Shown here piece by piece: positions 60,501-64,000 of a stretch of DNA of 64,000 bases. The stretch is taken from contig JBCDAG010000001.1 in the NCBI GenBank assembly GCA_039186165.1, positions 4,040-68,039 on the forward strand, given 5' to 3'. The position numbers and the translations under genes are program-made. The notes under the pieces are model-generated. The model saw nothing but the letters and a program-made list of their open reading frames with translations, did no database searches and was not told the DNA's origin. This DNA comes from Cyanobacteria bacterium P01_F01_bin.53. Lineage in GTDB: Bacteria; Cyanobacteriota; Cyanobacteriia; Phormidesmidales; Phormidesmidaceae. Every line of letters starts with the position of its first letter. Positions within the stretch are counted from its first letter, which is position 1.

Positions 60501-62549
60501 TGAGTCGGTTGTTGTTGAGTCGGCTGTCTTCGAGTCGGCTGTCTCCGATTGGGGATACATGACCCCGAGAAGGTCAAGCCCTTCTTCTTTCAGAATGACT
60601 GCACATCGATCAATTACCTGACGGAAGACGGGCTCGTGTTCGTACAGTTCTCGGCCCATGTTAATAGACTGGGCACCCTGGCCAGTAAAGAGAAAAGCAA
60701 TTTTGGGTCGGCGTTGAGATGCCCTCCCCGCTGTGCTGCCAGTCGTTTGACCGGTTGTTTTTCCGATAGTTGCTTTTTTAGTGGCTTCGGGTTGCCTATC
60801 GGCATAACTCATCAACTGATTTTGGGCTTCTGCCGCAGAACTTGCGACGATAGCGAGGCGGTGAGGGAATTGGGATCTGAGTGTCCAAGCACTCCAACAC
60901 ACATCACTAAAGTTGTGAGCCCCTAGCCTTGCTAAACGCTCAGCATAGTGATTGGCTAATTCTTGTAGTGCTCTGGGCTCTTTCGCCGAGAGCGTTAGTA
61001 AGTGGGCTCCCAAATGGGCTCCCTTCATTGAACTGGTGCTTTTATGGGTGCTTTTATGGGCGGGGTTGGAGGTAGACTCAGCAGAACAGGGAATAGACTG
61101 GGGCGCTGATTCAATGATCACATGGGCATTGGTGCCGCTAAATCCAAAAGAACTGACCCCTGCAAACCTGGATGTTGTTTCGGCTCTTTCGTGCTTAACG
61201 CCGTGCCAATGCATTGCCTGCTGGGTCACGCTCACGGGCAAAGAATCCCAATCCATATAAGGGCTTGGCTGCTTGAAATGCAGGTGTGCAGGCAGGGTTT
61301 CATGCTGCATGGCTAAAACCACTTTGATCAGCCCGGCGATGCCAGCGGCGGCTTCTAAATGGCCAATGTTGGTTTTTACAGAGCCAATTTTCAAAGGTGC
61401 TTGGAGAGAATGGCTCTGCCCAAAGACTGCGCCTAAAGCACCCACTTCAATCGGATCTCCTAGTGCTGTCCCGGTCCCGTGAGCTTCAACGTAGCTAATC
61501 TGCTCGGGCGTTACTTTGGCATTGGCTAATGCCTGTCGAATAACTGCCTGTTGAGACGGACCATTGGGGACCGTCAGCCCGCCACTGCGACCATCCTGAT
61601 TGATGGCGGCACCCCTGACCAACGCCATAATGTTGTCACCCTGGGCGATCGCATCTGACAACCGTTTGAGTACGACAACACCGCATCCTTCTCCCCTAGC
61701 AAACCCATTAGCGGCTGCATCAAACGTTTTGCAGCGCCCATCCGGTGAGAGCATGTGAGCCTTAGAAAAATTAATGCTAAATTCTGGTGCGAGAATCCGA
61801 TTGACGCCGCCCGCTAGAGCCACCTCACATTCTTGATTGCGCAAGCTTTGGCAGGCTAAATGCACGGCAACCAGAGAAGACGAGCAAGCTGTATCGACCA
61901 CGAGGCTAGGACCTGTGAATCCCAAACTATAGGAGAGTCGGCCCGCCACCACACTGTGGGCATTCCCTGTGGCTAAGTAGGCATCAATGTCAGCCTCGTC
62001 ACGGTTAGCTAAATATTGAGAGTAGTCGTTGCTACTCACGCCTGCAAAAATTCCCACTGAGCGACCTGTCCACTGGTCAAGCACCATGCCCCCGTGTTCC
62101 ATCGCTTCCCAGCTCACTTCCAACAACAGCCGCTGTTGGGGATCTAGGCTCACGGCTTCGCGGGGAGAAATCCCGAAAAAATCAGCGTCAAAATCCTGTA
62201 GATGTTCAACAAAACCTCCATTTCGGGTGATAATTTTCCCAGGGGTATCAGGGTTAGGATCGTAGTAAGCATCCACATCCCAGCGATCGCCAGGGACCTG
62301 AGAAATCGCATCTCTTCCCTGTGCTAATAGTTGCCAAAATGCTGCCGGACTATTTGCCCCACCGGGAAATCGGCAGCCCAGCCCGATGATGGCAATGGGC
62401 TCTGTTTTAGCCGTTTCTACTGAAGAGAGTTTGGCTTGCAACTTTTCAATGGCCTGCAAAGCACGGGCCATGCGTTGGTCTTTACTGGCCTGGGATTGAG
62501 CACTTTGAGACTGGGTATTTTGAGAGGAGTTTGAGGCCGGTTTAATCAT
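54555..62549 (-). CDS. Type I PKS KS-AT(malonyl)-DH-cMT-ER-KR-ACP
   Basis: DTACSSS, HGTGT, KTNIGH; GHSVG and HAFHS; DH HQVFGATVLP and HPVLLDA; cMT LEIGAGTGG; ER LIHSAAGGTG; KR TGGTGGLG and LQD; ACP DMGMDSL. Confidence 0.96.
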   Translation of the reverse strand: MIKPASNSSQNTQSQSAQSQASKDQRMARALQAIEKLQAKLSSVETAKTEPIAIIGLGCRFPGGANSPAAFWQLLAQGRDAISQVPGDRWDVDAYYDPNPDTPGKIITRNGGFVEHLQDFDADFFGISPREAVSLDPQQRLLLEVSWEAMEHGGMVLDQWTGRSVGIFAGVSSNDYSQYLANRDEADIDAYLATGNAHSVVAGRLSYSLGFTGPSLVVDTACSSSLVAVHLACQSLRNQECEVALAGGVNRILAPEFSINFSKAHMLSPDGRCKTFDAAANGFARGEGCGVVVLKRLSDAIAQGDNIMALVRGAAINQDGRSGGLTVPNGPSQQAVIRQALANAKVTPEQISYVEAHGTGTALGDPIEVGALGAVFGQSHSLQAPLKIGSVKTNIGHLEAAAGIAGLIKVVLAMQHETLPAHLHFKQPSPYMDWDSLPVSVTQQAMHWHGVKHERAETTSRFAGVSSFGFSGTNAHVIIESAPQSIPCSAESTSNPAHKSTHKSTSSMKGAHLGAHLLTLSAKEPRALQELANHYAERLARLGAHNFSDVCWSAWTLRSQFPHRLAIVASSAAEAQNQLMSYADRQPEATKKATIGKTTGQTTGSTAGRASQRRPKIAFLFTGQGAQSINMGRELYEHEPVFRQVIDRCAVILKEEGLDLLGVMYPQSETADSKTADSTTTDSDPGEILLKQDGTPSPHQLYQTAYTQPALFVIAYALTELWKSWGITPDGVLGHSVGEYAAACTAGVMTWETGLRLITARGRLMQGLPVGGGMAAVMAAAEQVTPYLQEGVVIAAENGPSNTVLSGPQTVLNVMLAKLEAQGIQTTKLRVSHAFHSSLMDPILGDFDDLARRMNYGPPKTEMVSTVTGKDISEIHDWPHYWTSHIQQPVRFWQGMECLNGRDYDIALEIGPKPILSAMGQGCLPNWQGQWLPSLRPNRYDTQNDRQIMLTSLGQLYVNGANITWPGQAGQRVDLPTYPFQRERYWIDIERGHRKQKTGVALKGIHPLVGNRIPLAGTQAIYFEGKITPTSVPFLQEHQVFGATVLPAVGYLEMALAAAQGQPGAVSTMDDVNFHQALLLNTAQTIQVVLTPHNEHYRYEIFSLQDGAEWQLHASGYLRNQLNDADFSTPNVLENVLEIEQLQARCPSEILTAECYERLHRQGVTYGDSFRAIQQVYVGESQALSRLQLPDNLLSTQATYYLHPVLLDACLQSIAAIFVNESEANTYLPAAIAQVHMHVPRIEQTQLWSHVEVTKKENRLLADIQLISLDGELLVSLLGLRLQPASMERVLNTQTGQLSTRQSSVTQSSIEDAFYTVEWPQQPLPEKGISIQVQAIVEQLASGFSDAIAMPAIQAYLGLLPQLERLSLAYIAEASAGLSQQDIALEHQALFRRLREVLSTVSSSDLPQANTLHKQLLEQHADAKAELTLIQRCGENLADVLQGNLDPLTLLFPAGDTSDLTQLYQSSPGSQLMNQQVHQVIQSLLAHTTRPLRILEIGAGTGGTTAHILPHLGESIYAFTDISPLFLAKAKERFADYPNLTYERLDIEQSLETQGFKCNDYDLVIASNVLHATANIDQVLERVRSLLIPGGQLILLEGTQPLIWLDLIFGMTAGWWKRPTHPLLSVSQWQQHLQTAGFEEARPLEASDIAASEALPQSIIIASTPLQKTTTQHRLILAESVADSETDFSTQLAQAVNGRWVEAKEISSTLFQDLSTADEWPEQIVYIAEPVSLAPATTSSETIKAFSKKSATGLLKLLQSLPANTAHAMPQLSIVTQGVVGGHRLAHSPAWGLARVIELEYPALRCRRIDLDPDNDIATNIELLCQELNASTDASPDDSSDERSVAYQQGTRRVARLASPSFTNTGPQQDCQLTIPSEPFKLALPTKGSPDNLRLISDQRQKPQAGEVEIRVSASGLNFIDVLDSLALLPFERDWLGVECAGEIVATGTGVEHLTVGDRVLALAAGSFSQYVTVPVELVISQPQNLSPQAAATIPANFLTAHYSLQVLTQLRKGERILIHSAAGGTGMAAVKIAQQAGAEIYATASPKKWPALAEMGIQHIMNSRTLDFAEEIMAKTDGQGVEVVLNSLSGEFIEKSLSILAKNGRFLEIGKRDILSKQQMAIAWPGVDYHIIDLMSVAQAQPQQIQTMLQTLKVQFESGQLTPVRHRLFPVSKAPQAFRHMQQAQHIGKVVLTMAEQPPQPRNISPDGTYLITGGTGGLGLATAQWLVEQGARHLTLLSRGANTSASAKSWITGSTEKGIEVLVLQADVADRAQLASALQTVQEKMPPLKGVIHAAGVLQDGILQQLSWAQMEKVLAPKVWGAWNLHQLTAELTPNHDLDFFVLYSSAASLLGSPGQGSHVAANSFLDALAHHRQTQGLPAVSINWGPWSEVGSASGEQTQQQMQQRGIGAIAPEQGIQALSQILSQHLLSQPELSQPELAQVGVIPINWPRFQQSIHKGPASDPFFSNFTAAAEQANQQTSKHSSTRTRTLHKSSSTAEWAQQLNTLPPRRRVAFLVGQLQAEVAKVLELPNHKPIEPTASFFDMGMDSLMAVELKNQLDIKLGTPIASTIIFEYPTIQTLATYLTDMMADIANEQKSSERSAAAVTPELPAPTERPPEDLPEILTESSPERPPEGPPKEPAAGPSEMEQELAALEKLLDRS

Positions 62550-64000
62550 GGTGCGTCCTCCCCTAAAAGATCTTCAATATCAGCGAGCTTCTGATCCATC
62601 TGAGCTATTAGAGCATCTCCAAACAAAGGCTCTGGATTCTCTTCGGCCTCGGATTGTGTTGTCTGTTCTTCCAAGGGTTTGGAGGATTGGGTTGCTGGCT
62701 CGTTGATGAGCTGGGTTGCCAGGTAAGCCAGTAGAGCCTCTACGGTTGGATAGTCAAAGGCGAGCGTACTGGGCAGGGAAAGCCCTAGGTCGGTTTGCAA
62801 ACTGTTTTTTAGCTCTAATGCCGTGAGTGAATCCATCCCGAGATCAAAGAAACCCGTTTGCCGATCTAGCTCACCTGTTGAGAACCCAAGCGTTTGGCAA
62901 ATCTGGGTGCAAACGTACGTATCGAGCAGCAGTTGTTTTTCCTCAAACGGAGCCGCCGCTAAGTCCGAGAGGATAGATGATGTAGCAACAGAATCTGTCG
63001 AAATGGTGGGAGGCTTTGCTAATTTGGATGCTTGTGTTTGGAAAATAGGCTGACTTCTGGCGGCAGGCAAAGAGAGAAACTCAGACCAATTAATCGGCAC
63101 CACACCGACTTGAGGTGCCGTTGTTGTCCAGAGTGTTTCTAATTGAGAAATGCCGTCTTCTGGAGAGAGTGGGGCAACGCCAGGGAAATGATTCAGCGTT
63201 CCTTGTTGCTGATACTTTAGGGCAGAACCCACACTAGACCATGCGCCCCAGTTGATGCTGAGGCCAGGTAAGCCTACTTGATTGCGGTAGTGGGCAAGTC
63301 CATCCAAAAAGGCATTGGCCGTGGCATGGTTGGCCTGACCGGGTGATCCTAGAAGAGCCGCCGCCGAAGAGAACAAAATGAAGAAGTCTAACTCGCAACC
63401 TTGGGTGAGGGTATGTAGATTCCAAGCGCCGGTTACTTTAGGTCTTAGAACCTGTTCAAACTTGTCCCAGGTTAGTTGGGCAATGAGCCCATCGGCTAAA
63501 ATGCCTGCGGCATGAACAATCCCTTTCAGCGGATGTTGGGATTCTCTAATCTCAGCCAGGACACTAGCCATGACCGTTGCATCAGTAACATCTGCTGATA
63601 TCACGTTTACAGTAACGTCTTGGCTGTTGAGCTGATTAATAACGGCCTGGGCTTCAGCGGTGGGCTCTCGGCGACTGAGTAATACAATTTGCTGGGCTCC
63701 CTGCGTTACCATCCACTGAGCGACGACGAGGCCCAGCCCACCCAATCCGCCCGTGACTAAGTAGGTGCCTTCGGATTGGAATTGAATCGATTGCCTAACA
63801 GTCGATTGCCTAACAGTGTGTTCAGCGTTTTCCGCTCTCTGGGTCAGAAGAATTTTTCCGGTGTGCTTTGCCTGTTGTAGGGTGCGGAAAGCTTGGATAG
63901 TATTCGATTGGTCAAAAATAGTGCTGGGAAGCGCGTGCCAATGTCCCTCACCGATTTGTTCTCCTAGATGACGCAGCATGGTTTGCACTGTTTGTGGCTG
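62546..64000 (-). CDS. Type I PKS, C-terminal part only (end of ER, KR, ACP); starts upstream of the window
   Basis: Frame open from 64000 (QPQTVQTML...); ER end HTGKILL; KR TGGLGGLG, HAAGILAD; ACP GFFDLGMDSL; C-terminal helical docking segment. Confidence 0.93.
   Translation of the reverse strand, partial: QPQTVQTMLRHLGEQIGEGHWHALPSTIFDQSNTIQAFRTLQQAKHTGKILLTQRAENAEHTVRQSTVRQSIQFQSEGTYLVTGGLGGLGLVVAQWMVTQGAQQIVLLSRREPTAEAQAVINQLNSQDVTVNVISADVTDATVMASVLAEIRESQHPLKGIVHAAGILADGLIAQLTWDKFEQVLRPKVTGAWNLHTLTQGCELDFFILFSSAAALLGSPGQANHATANAFLDGLAHYRNQVGLPGLSINWGAWSSVGSALKYQQQGTLNHFPGVAPLSPEDGISQLETLWTTTAPQVGVVPINWSEFLSLPAARSQPIFQTQASKLAKPPTISTDSVATSSILSDLAAAPFEEKQLLLDTYVCTQICQTLGFSTGELDRQTGFFDLGMDSLTALELKNSLQTDLGLSLPSTLAFDYPTVEALLAYLATQLINEPATQSSKPLEEQTTQSEAEENPEPLFGDALIAQMDQKLADIEDLLGEDAP

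Larger units (their letters stand above)
2426..62290. repeat. Dispersed HIP1 octamers (GCGATCGC), cyanobacterial signature
   Basis: More than 30 copies seen by eye (e.g. 2426, 18181, 62283); about one would be expected by chance in 64 kb. Confidence 0.88.
1..64000 (-). other. Hybrid type I PKS/NRPS biosynthetic gene cluster (incomplete at both window ends): 4 PKS genes, 7 NRPS genes carrying 10 NRPS modules, LLM, hydroxylase-reductase, methyltransferase
   Basis: 14 co-oriented minus-strand CDSs, mostly overlapping by 4 nt, with canonical KS/AT/KR/ACP and C/A/T/E/Cy/Ox/R motifs and matching docking termini. Confidence 0.98.

Noticed and set aside
949-63425. Numerous 60-190 aa ORFs on the plus strand and in alternative minus frames
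   Set aside because: They lie within or overlap the long minus-strand genes and show no recognisable domains; several recur opposite conserved A/KS motifs, typical of antisense shadows
63986-63988. ORF-track start of the last PKS at 63988
   Set aside because: The frame stays open to the window edge and begins in mid-ER domain; the true start is upstream
1-64000. Assignment to a known cluster (anachelin, microsclerodermin, puwainaphycin, nostocyclopeptide) and use of gene symbols
   Set aside because: Module order and tailoring set do not match those pathways as I recall them, so no symbols were assigned

Overview
The whole 64-kb window is part of one minus-strand, colinear hybrid cis-AT PKS/NRPS gene cluster that runs off both ends. 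More than 30 HIP1 (GCGATCGC) sites, counted by eye, indicate a cyanobacterial host. Transcription order: PKS (partial, ER end-KR-ACP); PKS KS-AT-DH-cMT-ER-KR-ACP; PKS KS-AT-KR*-ACP; stand-alone luciferase-like monooxygenase (LLM); NRPS C-A(Asn)-T-E; C-A(Gly)-T-C-A(Val)-T-E; C-A(Gly)-T; PKS KS-AT-KR*-ACP; C-A(Ala)-T-Cy-A(Cys)/Ox-T; C-A(Gly)-T-C-A(Ala)-T-E; C-A(Ser)-T; betaHD-C-A(aromatic?)-T; a tri-domain CmlA-like diiron beta-hydroxylase / beta-hairpin docking domain / thioester reductase protein; and a SAM methyltransferase missing from the ORF track. A-domain specificity codes were read by manual alignment. The inferred product is polyketide-acyl-D-Asn-Gly-D-Val-Gly-[ketide]-Ala-thiazole-Gly-D-Ala-Ser-(beta-OH aromatic residue), released reductively. 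I do not recognise it as a known compound but could not run a database search. The most unusual elements are the carrier-less hydroxylase-docking-reductase terminator, four atypical KRs (two with His replacing the catalytic Tyr, two with a broken NADPH loop), a hybrid-type KS placed after a PKS module, a possible acyl-D-Asn prodrug arm and pervasive 12-18 nt micro-duplications.
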